From assembly GCA_030390025.1 (NCBI GenBank), contig CM059432.1:143904001-143968000 (forward strand): a DNA stretch of 64,000 nucleotides. The letters are read 5' to 3'. The DNA is from Squalus acanthias (taxonomy: Eukaryota). Position 1 is the stretch's first letter, and every line of letters starts with the position of its first letter. Positions 13,401 through 24,190 of this stretch are shown piece by piece. The notes under the pieces were generated by a model. That model saw only the letters and a list, made by a program, of their open reading frames with translations, searched no databases and had not been told where the DNA came from. Made by a program: the position numbers and the translations under genes.

Positions 13401-13987
13401 AAAGTACTGCTTAACCTAAGGGGTGTGACTGCCTCCTGGAACAAAGTGTCCAGGTAACTTTCCTCTTCACTGATTCATCGAAATGTCTGCAGCTCGCACT
13501 CCAGCCCAACAACTCTGAGCCGAAATTCCTCGAGCTGCAGGCACTTACCGCAGATGTGGTTGTTCGGGATCTCATTGGTCTCCACCAACTCCCACATGCT
13601 ACAGTTACGACACACCACCTGCACTGCCATCTCTATCTCTAACCTTATTTTATTCATATAATTAGTTACAGTATTTATTCAAATGCTTTATTTTTGCTGT
13701 TAATTTTTAGTTTTAATTTGTAAATTTAGTTTATTAATTCAATAAAGTTAAAGTAGTTAATACTTTCCCAGTTCTGAATTTAATCCACTTGCCTAACCCA
13801 GAGAGCAAAAGAGCTGTACTACTCACCAACCAATCATCTACCTGCTGTCTTGTGACGTCACTCCTTGTTTTTTAAAGTCTCTGCTCAGCTCTCTTTAAGC
13901 CTCCGCTCCCGCTCAGGTCTGCGCTGTGTCCTGTGCCTTCTCCGGTGCTCCCTTTAAGCCTCCGCTCCCGCTCAGGTCTGCGCTGTA
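10422..13987 (-). mobile_element. Near full-span CR1 LINE (5' UTR, ORF1 zinc finger plus SGNH esterase, ORF2 APE and RT), decayed, with an internal deletion near 11768
   Basis: CRNCSMWE...CGKC, VVVGDSIVRG, VGTND, NARSIRNK...IAITETW, YLDFQKAFDKVPH and PDD(FADD) motifs in the expected order. Confidence 0.93.
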
Positions 13988-14300
13988 TGTTTGTTACTTT
14001 TTTGTTGGGCTTTTTTCCCCACCCACACTTAAACAATTTTCTAGTTTCTGAAATTGGAAAGCTAGTTTTCTTTTGCTCTCACTACAAAAACATGTCCCTG
14101 GGCCAATGGAGCTTTCGTTCATAGGAAGCCAACCGTGTGGATATTGAAGTCTTTGTAGAAACATATTTTTGAATGAGGGGGAAAATTTGAAATGATTCAC
14201 TCTCCACATAAGTGTTACTTTCACTGTTCCCCATTCTTTTGATTTGTGTAGTTTGCTTGCAGTTGTTTTTCCACTTACGTTGGCAGTAATGCATTGCTCA

Positions 14301-17191
14301 AGTCACAGGGATTGAAGCATAAACCTGCTTGGGATGTGTGTCGGGTGGGGAGAGAACGATACAAAAGGTGTATCAATGCTTCTTGTACAAACCCTCACTT
14401 TGGATATAGTATAGTACCATATCTGATTCCTATAAATTTCCATCAGGTTTTCATAATCTGATATGTTTCTCCTTTCACCAGGCACAAGGGGTGGAATCTT
14501 GTACCTAGGAAAGGAGAACACTTAATTCGCAGGCACTGTGAATGCATGGGCTTGAAAGGATTATTACTAGTCCTAGCCCCTTTCGGGCTACCCCGGATCA
14601 GGCGTATTCCCCAGACGTTCACCTTCAACTAAAGTTAGAGGTAGCCGAATCCTAAAGATGCTTAATTGGGTCTAAAGGTCCAGACTATCTCTCACTAAAG
14701 GAAAGGAACAACCTGAAGATGTTACCGTCCTCCAGATATCACTTTTAATAAGTTTAGCTAGACTGTAACCTTCCGGATATTATGAGGGTCCGGAAAACTC
14801 CCCCAGAATTCTGCAACTCCTCACCAAAGAGTGTACAGAGATTGAGTTCGCGAGTTTGATACAGAAGTACTATTCGAGACAATTCTAAAAATATATAGAT
14901 TTATTAAAGAACCGACATGTAATTTACAGTTGGTGATTCAGTCGCAACATTAACAGTTCCAAATACAAAAGCTTACAATTCTTCTTATCAGAGATCCTTA
15001 TTCTCAAATCTTAACTTCGTTACATTTTTACAGTTCTTTGTCTATTCCAGGATATCCACCAAAATCAAATACAAGTACCTTTTTGATCCCCGAGATACAA
15101 AGAGTTGAAGACTTACAGAGCTTGCCTCTGAAGCCTGAGAATCGCTTTGCCCCTTCAAGCGACTCTATCTTCCTATTTGAAAGTTCTGTATTTCTTCTTC
15201 TTCTTAGGCAGTCCCTCGGAACCGAGGATGACTTGCTTCCACATTAAAAATGAGTTCGTAGGTGACTGATGAGTCCAATGCGGGACCTACAGTCTCTGTC
15301 ACAGGTGGGGCAGACGGTGGTTGAAGGAGCAGTTGGGTGGGGTGCTTGGGTTGACGTGCGCTCCTTGCGCTGCCTGCGCTTGGCTTCCGCTTGCTCCCGG
15401 CGAAGAGACTCGAGGTGTTCGGAGCCATCCCGGATGCTTCTCCTCCACTTTGTGCGGTCTTGGGCCAGGGATTCCCAGGTGTCGGTGGGGATGTTGCACT
15501 TTTTCAAGGAGGCTTTGAGGGTGTCCTTGAAGCGTTTCCTCTGCCCACCTGGGGCTCTCTTGCCGTGCCGGAGCTCTGAGTAGATCGCTTATTTTGGGAG
15601 TCTCGTATCAGGCATGCGGACAATGTGACCCGTCCATCGGAGCTGATCGAGCGTGGTCAAAGCTTCGATGCTGGGGATGTTGGCCTGAGCAAGAACACTG
15701 ATGTTGGTGCGCCTATCCTGCCAATGGATTTGCAGGATCTTGCGGAGGCAGCGTTGGTGGTACCTCTCCAGTGCTTTGAGGTGCCTGCTGTACATGGTCC
15801 ATGCCTCTGAGGCATACAGCAGGGCGGGTATCACTGCTGCTCTGTAGACCATGAGCTTAGTGCCGGGTTTGAGGTCCTGGTCTTCAAATACTCTCTTCCT
15901 CAGGCGACCGAAGGCTGCACTGGCACACTGAAGGCGGTGTTGGACTTCGTCGTCGACGTCTGCCCTTGTTGACAGTAGGCTCCCGAGGTATGGAAAGTGG
16001 TCCACGTTGTCCAAGGCCTTGTCGTGGATTTTGATAATCGGGGGGCAGTACTGTGTGGTGGGGGCAGGTTGGTAGAGGACCTTTGTCTTACGGATGTTTA
16101 GTGTAAGGCCCATGCTCTCGTACGCTTCGGTGAAGGTGTTGACGATGGTTTGGAGTTCGACCTCCGAGTGAGCGCAGACGCAAGCGTTGTCTGCATACTG
16201 TAAGTCGACGACAGAGGATGGGACGACCTTGGATCTGGACTGGAGGCGACGGAGGTTGAACAGTTTCCCGTTTGTTCTGTAAATTAGCTCCACTCCAGTC
16301 ATATGCCTTATATGGGGAGCTTACTGAGGGTGAGATGGAGCATTGCAGCAAGGAAGATCAAGCGACTCTATCTTCCTATTTGAAAGTTCTATATTTATAC
16401 TCTTTCTCAGTGGTATACCCTTTGAAGTTTTCTGCTGATTGTAAGCTAATTATCTCTAGTCATTTTTCTGTTGACCCCTTCTATTCTTACAGTTAGTTCA
16501 GCTTGCAGCTTGCAGAATTATGTCTGCTGTGTAGGTGTCACAACCGTTTTTTATGATAAACTTGAATCAGGTGCATCTATTTGATGTCATTCTTAGCAAG
16601 GTCTTCTGTTTAATTCATAAGTCACCTTAGCTGTTTGCAACACAGACTTCGTGTCTCCTAGATGTTCCAAGTTCAACACAAAAACAATGTGATGGCTGGT
16701 ACATCTATTGATGTCATTCTTACGAAAGTCTTCTGTTTGTATCTTTTGCATTTAGAACACCTCGACCGGGTGCATCATTGTCTTCTTAGCTACCTCAGTT
16801 GGTTGTATTACAGACTCGTGTCTCCGTGTTTCATTTGATGTCATATTTACGAAGGCATATGTTTCTTTATCTTTGTGTTTCATTTCAAAGTGTTGGTTTA
16901 AGACACCTTTACAGGGTATGGTATTGTGTTCTTTCCAAGCTGCAGACTTTTAGGAACCTCCAACCTTCTGTTCCAACAAGGCTATTGTTTCAGCGTCAAC
17001 AACTTATCTTATCTCAAAAGCCTGTATGCTGTTTACAGCTTCTGATTGTTGAGGCTTTCAGATTTCCAAGCCCAGTTTGTCATGTTTTAATGCCAGAATT
17101 ATTTCATAGGATGGTGTATTTTTCTGAATATGGCGTATTCCTTCACAGGCTATGTTCCATTGATGTTTTATTTCCAACTTAACTCATGACT
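14301..17191 (-). mobile_element. Putative solo LTR (~1.69 kb after removing the nested RTE), family unassigned
   Basis: AGTCA...TGACT inverted ends, flanks tgctca/ttctca, repeated motifs at 16570-16885, and minus-strand TATAAATA, GTAAGT and AATAAA in order. No coding homology seen. Confidence 0.45.
15194..16357 (-). mobile_element. 5'-truncated RTE-clade LINE with (AAG)n tail and 39-bp TSD
   Basis: LQYADN, YLGS, LLYASEAW, RLPK and a C-terminal CPTC...HLRTH. TSD at 15155-15193 and 16358-16396 with 1 mismatch. Confidence 0.93.
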
Positions 17192-17302
17192 TTCTCATCT
17201 TGGGATAGTAGGTCTTTCTGATATCAAGCTTAGAGACCAGAAGTTATTGTTCCTTCTAAAGGAAACCAATGCAGGTGTTAAAAGTAGATGATTTTGCACG
17301 TG

Positions 17303-17717
17303 TCAGTTTGGCTCTGTTGGGAGCACTCTTTCCTGAGTCAGAAAGTCACGTGTTCAAGCCCCACTCCAGAACTTGAGTACAAAATATTGATATTTTAGTG
17401 CATTACTGAGGTGATGCTGCATTGTCTGACTTTTGGCTGAGATGTTAAACCGAGGCCTCGTCTGCCTGTTCAGACGAATGTAAAGGATCCCTGTCATTAT
17501 TCAAAGAGAAGGGGAGTCCTCTTGGTGTCCTGGCCAACATTTATCTCTCAACCAACTGGCGACTTAACTTATTTGCTGTTTGTGGTCTCTTGTGCACAAA
17601 TTGGTTGCTACATTTCCTACATTACAACAGTGACCACACTTCAAAAAATATTTCATTGTCTGAAGCAGTTTGGGGTGTTCTGAGGATGGGAAAACCTTAT
17701 ATAAATGCAAGTTCTTC
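17303..17717 (+). mobile_element. tRNA-headed Deu-domain SINE
   Basis: Head with gttcaagccc B-box, Deu core gatgttaaaccgaggcctcgtctgcc...ggtgtcctggccaacattt, and tail ataaatgcaagttctt. Confidence 0.82.
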
Positions 17718-17779
17718 CTTTTTACGATTTGTGAAGCGACTGCCTGCAAATAAATTCACCTTTTCTGTTCCCTCCACAG

Positions 17780-17857
17780 TCCACCAAGGATCAGAGGCTT
17801 GTGTATTCTGGCAAACTTCTCCCTGACCACTTGCAGCTGAAGGACATTTTCAGAAAG
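17780..17857 (+). CDS. HERPUD2: HERPUD2 coding exon (Ubl domain, STKDQRLVYSGKLLPDHLQLKDIFRK)
   Basis: Pyrimidine tract plus cag acceptor, AAG|gtaatt donor, 78 nt in phase 0/0. Translation matches the recalled HERPUD2 Ubl segment. Confidence 0.95.
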
Positions 17858-19844
17858 GTAATTTAAAGCCTCTTCCTCTTGATGGTCTTGGATTTGGTTA
17901 ATATGAAGTGAATCTGGGTTAATAGATGGTGACCAAATTGAAATAGAACGGGTTCAGAGTCCATCTTGGCTTCTGTGCCGTTTTAAATGTGTTGCAGCAC
18001 CAACTCTCCGAATGGCTGCAATCTATTTTTAATTGAGCTTGCATATTATGATGACTAAAATGCCTGTCGTACAGTATTCACAGGTACATACAAGGGAGGT
18101 GGATAGACAGTTGTGCATATTTGGGCAGTGTTATGCAAGGATGGGAATGGTGTAAGTTTATGGCAGTTGAGCTGGAGAAAGGGGGCATGTTTACTGGGTC
18201 CCAACTCCCGGGTGGGGTGGCGGGGCTCTTGTATTATAGCGGAAGGGGGTAGGTTTGTATTGTTGCTGGGTAATGAAACTCACTTTCCCACTCAACATAT
18301 TTGAGCACTCAGACAAGCATCGACAACTACAGGTAGGGTATCACAGAGCTAGGTGCAAAGTAAAACTCCCTCAACTTTGCTCCAACCGTAAAAGATTACC
18401 TGCTGCTTCACTCGTCTGACTATTTCCATTTCCATTTCCTGTACAAACCATGCCTGTATGTGAGATTGACCGAGAGTACTATTTTGGAGGTCTAGATCTC
18501 ATGAATTTTGCAACTCCTACACAAAGCTAGTATCATAGTCTGTGAGGATGTAGCAAAATGATTGGTCATTTTTGAAGTTGTCATTGATCAGGAGTCTCTG
18601 TATATTGGAAGAAAAATGTTCTTCCTATGCTTATTTAAGATACTTACAGTTTATACTTCCCCACTGCACCAATTCCCCCTCAAACACCTTGACTGACCAA
18701 TTAGTTATTGTGTTCAAATGATGGCCTTAGGTGCTGCCTTTTTCCAATATTTATTTACATTAAAACCCATTTGTCATTCCTTAGCCTTTTATTAACTCAT
18801 GTATTCCTTTGAATGCTAGGAACCTCCTTTAAACTTGTTACAAAGCCACACAGTATATCCTCTTCATGTAATTTATGCAGGAAACCTTGAGCTGGACACT
18901 TGTGAAACTCCACTAGTCACTACGTCCCAAGAGGTCTTCTCCATTTATCACCCCGCTTTACCTCCCGTCTGTCTGCCTGAATCCAAATTCAGCAATCGTG
19001 GTCTCTGTCCTTGTTGTGTAATCCAATTCCAGCTGCTAATGGGTGTAATCACAAGGGAGCCTTGGTCATAAATTCCATTGTCAAGGTTCATGAAGGCTGC
19101 CTCACCATCTGTTAAAGTAATACAAGTCTTTTAATTCCATGGTTAATAGTCTTTGAATTAGACTCAACATATTGTGCCACCAAAATGGGATTTGTCACTA
19201 CCTCTTTTCATACTGATGCATGTTCAACCTGCCCTTCACTCTGTATTGGTGTCCTAGAGTAGTCAAGGTGTAACGTCTTTTATACCCAATGTGAGGTTTG
19301 GGATTAGTCGGGTGGCATTTGTAATAAGTCCAATAGCATGTTTGAAATTCCTCTGTGCTATTTTATTACGTTTGTTAACTAGTTCACTTTAAATGAGTTA
19401 ATGATTGTGTTCAACTAGTGCGCAGCAGGATTTCATACCTATTTGTTACAAGTACTGCTGAATAATTTCACTGCTGCAGTGTGGCAGTGAGTTCTGCATT
19501 TGTGCTCTTAAATGTCTGTGCAGACACTAAAATCTAAAAGAAATATGGATTTGATCTTTTAAATTAAGACTATCCCGAGCTGCTGGTTTGCAGAATGCTT
19601 TTACTCTTGCACTGTACAGGTGGGAAATAATTGACACCTGTGTTCACAGCTTTCTCGAACAGCAGAAAATGGAATGGTGTAAGCTTGGATCTGTGGTGAA
19701 ATTATGATTAAAATGTCGAGATTGTGATCTGAGCAGTGGCACTGGAACCAAACAAATGAGAGATTGGATAAAATTAATCTAAGCGATGGTGAGAATAATG
19801 GAGAAACCTGCTAGATGGGCCAAATGTCTGGCTTCATTCTGAAT

Positions 19845-20130
19845 TTAATTTCATTTGTTGAGATGTGGGCAATGTTGGAAAGACTGCGTTCATTGCCCAT
19901 CTCTAATTGCCCTGAGAAGGTGATGAGGAGCCTTCTCCTTGAGCTGCTGCAGTCCTTGTAGCGATAGTGCTCTCATGATGGAGTTAGGTAGGGAATTCCA
20001 GAATACCAGCCCAGCAATGAGAAGGAACAGCATTCTATGTCCAATTGTGTGCAATTGGTGTGCAATTTGGAGGGGCGGTTGGAGCTGAAGGTGTCCCCAG
20101 GCATTGCTGCTCCTCCTTCTGGGGGTGGGG
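19845..20130 (-). mobile_element. Degraded 3' end of the 3645-family LINE
   Basis: gatgtgggc...cattgcccatctctaattgccctgagaagg matches 3660-3720. Confidence 0.7.
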
Positions 20131-20847
20131 GGGAGGTGGATTGGGTGGGGGCTGCTGTTGAATTACCTTTGGCAAGTTTTCTTGCTTCCCCTCCCGCCCG
20201 CCCGCCCGCCCCCTTGCACCACATTATTATCCAGCAGGGTAGACCTCTGAAAATTATCTGCCAAGCTGTTTGGAGGTGAGAAAATGCTGAAGTGCTTAGC
20301 CTCTTGCCACCCCCCCTTTTTGATGGTGCAGTTAAGTCTGGGAGTCACTTTGTAGGATGGGTTTGAAACTGCTTCCTATACTTCAGTAGTGTGCTCGTAG
20401 AACAGCGTGCTGCACATTCAAATACCCTTATGGTATCATCCTATTGGATATAGCTGCATGTTAAAACTGTTCAACTTCCCTACAGAGCTATGAACCAATA
20501 TCGCTCAGTCTGCATTGATGCATGGTTTGAAAGGCACTTTTATATGAAGTGCTTACAGACCAATACTTCCTTGGGGTTGGTTCAATTTTATATTTTGACT
20601 TTTTAAAAAACTAAACATCTTGGATGGAATTAATCTCTTTTCCCAGCACCTTTTATCTGATGTGTAAAGTGAACAAAGACAGTAGATTAGATTATAATTG
20701 AAAAATCTACATCTTTAGTTGTAACTTTGCTTAGTTGCTATAGCACTCAACTTTGTCTATGAAATTTGATGGCTAAAATGAGCTCCTGATTCATTGTTTT
20801 TGCTCCCTTCACTCTTTCTCCCCCCTCCACCTACATTTGCAATACAG

Positions 20848-20958
20848 CAAGACGAGTATCACATGGTTCACCTAGTCTGCTCTTCAAGGACTCCTCCAGG
20901 ATCACCCAAACCCAGTTACAGGAACAATGGAACTGCAGCAACCAACAGTGGCACTACG
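20848..20958 (+). CDS. HERPUD2: HERPUD2 coding exon (QDEYHMVHLVCSSRTPPGSPKPSYRNNGTAATNSGTT)
   Basis: tacag|CAA acceptor, ACG|gtaaag donor, 111 nt. QDEYHMVHLVC is the end of the HERPUD2 Ubl domain. Confidence 0.95.
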
Positions 20959-21916
20959 GTAAAGTTCTTTCCATTTCAAGTAGCTGCAGCCGTCATTTTA
21001 ATCATCATCGATTAATGCTGCTTCCCTTTCAGCTTGTGACACTCCTGAGCTGAGTTGAGCTTTTAGTTTTGGCAGTGGAACTATGGGTTACCATGGTTCC
21101 AAGAAGCAAATAAATATCCTTTAAAATTACTATTTCAGATGTATCATAATAAGTCACAGATGCCGATACAAATATTTAAAAAACTGGGCGTCTTAACAAT
21201 TATGTTTGTATATGTGTACATTTGGTTTCTTCAGATTATTTCACTGCTTTTAGGACAAGTTCTTCAAGCTTTCTTATTTCTTTTACAAGCATCGCCATGT
21301 TTCTAGTATGTGTTTGAAAACATCAATAAACGTGTCTTATTGTGCTATGATTCTGTCCATTCATTGAGGTCAAATGTATTTGGTTTAGACCCAGTGACTT
21401 TAGCTAAAGGGACATTTACATTTACAGGGCGCTTCTGAGAGAGCATTATCCATGCACTGGCTCCCCATGTTTATCACTATAACCTGCAAGATGGTGGAGC
21501 TGTGTTTTTGTGAGTTTATGAATCTGACATCGGGATAGGTGAGGAATGTAAACGCAGAGAGTAGACACACACTGTCGTCACTCTCCTGCAATCCAACCTA
21601 TAGAAGCCCTTGGACATCACTGGAGAACCAGTATCGCTCATTCTGCGTTGATGCATGGTTTGAATATTGACCCTGACTGACACTTGCATCTTGGGTCCTT
21701 TCACCTGTCAAAGATTGACAATTGGCTTTTCTCTTCTGGAACATTTTGTCAATCTTGTATATGTCATTGGTTTTCTTTGTTTGGGGCAAGGGAATGTTGT
21801 AAGCTGGGACTCTTGACATGTTTGCCAGTTACAACGTGGTCAGTGTTGGTCATGAAGCGAATGTATAGCCCAGACTGTTATTTTTGGCTGAAGGATGAAA
21901 TATGATTGTGGAATAA

Positions 21917-22010
21917 AAAAACAGAAAATTATAGAAAGTACTCGGCTGGTTGAAGCAGCATCTGTGTAGTGAGAAATAGTTATCGTTTCAGGTCAATTAC
22001 CTTTCATTCA
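21917..22010 (-). mobile_element. Degraded Penelope 3'-end fragment
   Basis: Similar to 160-250 (acagaaaat...gcagcatctgtg...cgtttcaggtca...cctttcat). Confidence 0.6.
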
Positions 22011-22032
22011 TGGGATGGGTTCATTACAGTAG

Positions 22033-22305
22033 TCATGATGCGGAGATGCCGGTGTTGGACTGGGGTGGACAAAATTGAGAGGTCGCACAACACCAGGTTA
22101 TAGTCCAACAGTTTTATTTTAAATCACAAGCTTTCGGAGTTAAAACTCCTTCGTCGGGTGAAGTGTCATGATGCGGAGATGCCGGTGTTGGACTGGGGTG
22201 GACAAAATTGAGAGACTTCACCCGACGAAGGAGTTTTAACTCCGAAAGCTTGTGATTTAAAATAAAACTGTTGGACTATAACCTGGTGTTGTGCGACCTC
22301 TCAAT
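22033..22305. mobile_element. Young non-autonomous Penelope-type (pLTR / retrozyme-like) insertion with inverted structure
   Basis: TSD ttcattacagtag at 22020-22032 and 22306-22318. Exact 50-bp direct repeat (22032-22081, 22165-22214) and exact 93-bp inverted repeat (22072-22164, 22215-22307). Confidence 0.85.
22218..22255 (+). ncRNA. Minimal type I hammerhead ribozyme motif (U4C core variant); identical copy on the - strand at 22124-22161
   Basis: UCAC-CCGACGA-A-GGAG UUUUAA CUCC-GAAA-GCUU-GUGA, with palindromic AAGCUU in place of stem III. Confidence 0.7.
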
Positions 22306-22399
22306 TTCATTACAGTAGACAGGATAATTCCTGTGTGGTTTTTTTAAGTTTCTAGTCACTTAATAAAAATATTTACAATGAACTTTAACCTCTTTTCAG

Positions 22400-22560
22400 A
22401 GTTCTGAAAATTCAAGTACCACAACACCCTCGTCATCTCCGAGCCAAGAAACCATTATTGGATCCACAGGTTCCAATTCAACTGGTATGAGGCATCGTAA
22501 CTTTTCTCAGGTTCCTTTAAACCATGCGCAGAGCCATGGATTCCAACATGTAATGCAAGG
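22400..22560 (+). CDS. HERPUD2: HERPUD2 coding exon (SSENSSTTTPSS...GMRHR...HVMQG)
   Basis: tcttttcag acceptor, GG|gtaagt donor, 161 nt in phase 0/2. Ser-rich linker with a GxRxR motif, in frame with its neighbours. Confidence 0.92.
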
Positions 22561-22609
22561 GTAAGTAGATTAAGTTTAAAATACTGTGTTTTTTCCCCCA
22601 AATTGTCCT

Positions 22610-24190
22610 TGGGATGCGAGTGATTTTGGCAAGGCCCGTACCTACTTGACCTTAGAAGGTGGTGGTGGGCCGTGTTGTGGAGGGAATTCCAGGATTTTGA
22701 CCCAGCGATGATTGCGTAGCAGTAGGTGTCCAAGTCAGGATGATTGTGACTTGGGTGTGAACTTGAAGGTGATGTCTCCAGCTCAACCAGACTGTTCACT
22801 ACCTCGGCTCCTGTTTGAGCCCGAGCGGAGCTTCTAACCCCATACCCCCTCCATCTCAAAAGCATTGCCTACTTCCACTTTCGTAACACCACCCACCTCT
22901 GGCCCGACCTTCTGCCCGTATGCCGCTGTAACCCTCAAACTTGCCTGTCACCTCCACCTTCCACAAACCAGCCCATCTAAAACACTGCTCTCTATACCTT
23001 ATCTTACACAGTCACCCTGTCTTCGCTGATCTACATTGGCTCCTGGTTTCCCCCAATGTCTGAAATTTAAAATTCTCATCGTGTTTAAATCTTTCAGCGG
23101 CCTCCTGTCTCTAGAAATTTCATTCATCCACTACAGCCCTCCTCCGAGATCTCCGTTTATCTGACGCCGGCCTTTTCTGCATCCTCCTTCCCCCCTGCCC
23201 CCCCCCAATTGGTGGCTGTGCTTCAGCTGCCTAGGTCCCACTCTCTGGAATTCCTTCCCTAAACCCATCCTCATCTTTGCCTACCTTTTCTTGTTTTAGA
23301 CCCTCCTTAAAACCCACTTCTTTGAGCACATTTTTGGTCGTTCCTCCTAATCTCTCCTTTGGATTGGTGTCTATTTTCTTTAAGCCTGTGATGACGTTTT
23401 CCTATGTTAAAGGTGCTATATAATTGCAAGTTGTTGATATTCCTTTGACCTTGGTGGTAAAGGTTGCAGAGTTGGGTAGTGCTTTTAAAATAACCTTAAG
23501 TGAGTTGCTGTAATGCATGCTGCAGACAGTGCATACTGCAACCACAGTGTGCCTGTCATGGAGGGGATGTATATTGAGTCTAGTAGTAGCAGGGCCATCA
23601 ATCAAGTAGACTCCTTAGTCATGGAAAGAAATTTACAGCACAGAAGGAGGTAATTTGGTCCTAGAGAGTGTCGTTGCATCTGCACCATCCAAGCAAGTGT
23701 CACACTCTTGACCTGAGACTTGTACACATCGCAGATACCTGGTCTCTGCCCATCTCTTGCAGCCATAGTGTTGCTATGGCTGATCTAGTACACTTCTGGT
23801 CTTTGGTGACCCCTCCCCAGGATTTTGATGGTGGGGGACTTGGTGATGGTGCCATTAACAGGTCAGAGGGACCTTTTCCTGTTGAAGATGGCAATTGCCT
23901 GGCACTTGTCCACCCAAGCCTGGACGTTGTCCAGGTCCTGCTGTAGGCTGGCATGGGCTGCTTCATTATCAGAGCATTTGTGAATGGCATGACTCCAACC
24001 ACTCTAAGGTTTTCCCTTTCACCCTCATTGGCCTCAGTTTTGCTAGGGCTCCTTGGTGCCATACTTGGTTGAATACTGCCTCGATGTCTAGGGCAGCTCT
24101 GCTTTGGCGTTCACTTCTTGCATCCATGTCTGGATCAAGGCTGTGACCAAGATTTGGTGCTAGATGGTTCTGGCGGAAGCCAAACTGAGC
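22610..24190 (-). mobile_element. Degraded 3645-family LINE, interrupted by a + strand L2 3' fragment (~22781-23437)
   Basis: LINE 3' end at 22610-22780 resumes near 23440. The inner part has L2 motifs (ctacattggctcctgg, ctctggaattccttccctaaacc, tatataattgcaagttgttg). Confidence 0.75.

Noticed and set aside
15244..15310. C2H2-like zinc finger (CPTC...HLRTH) suggesting a host zinc-finger gene
   Set aside because: It is the C-terminus of the RTE ORF and recurs identically in the second copy at 58732.
1..17779. First coding exon of HERPUD2 (start of the Ubl domain)
   Set aside because: Searched by eye for a KAPNQ / WTV / YPSKP-type translation and found none; probably upstream of the window.
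22032..22214. Direct repeats with a spacer, resembling a mini CRISPR array
   Set aside because: Only two units, in a eukaryotic context, fully explained by Penelope-type pLTR structure.
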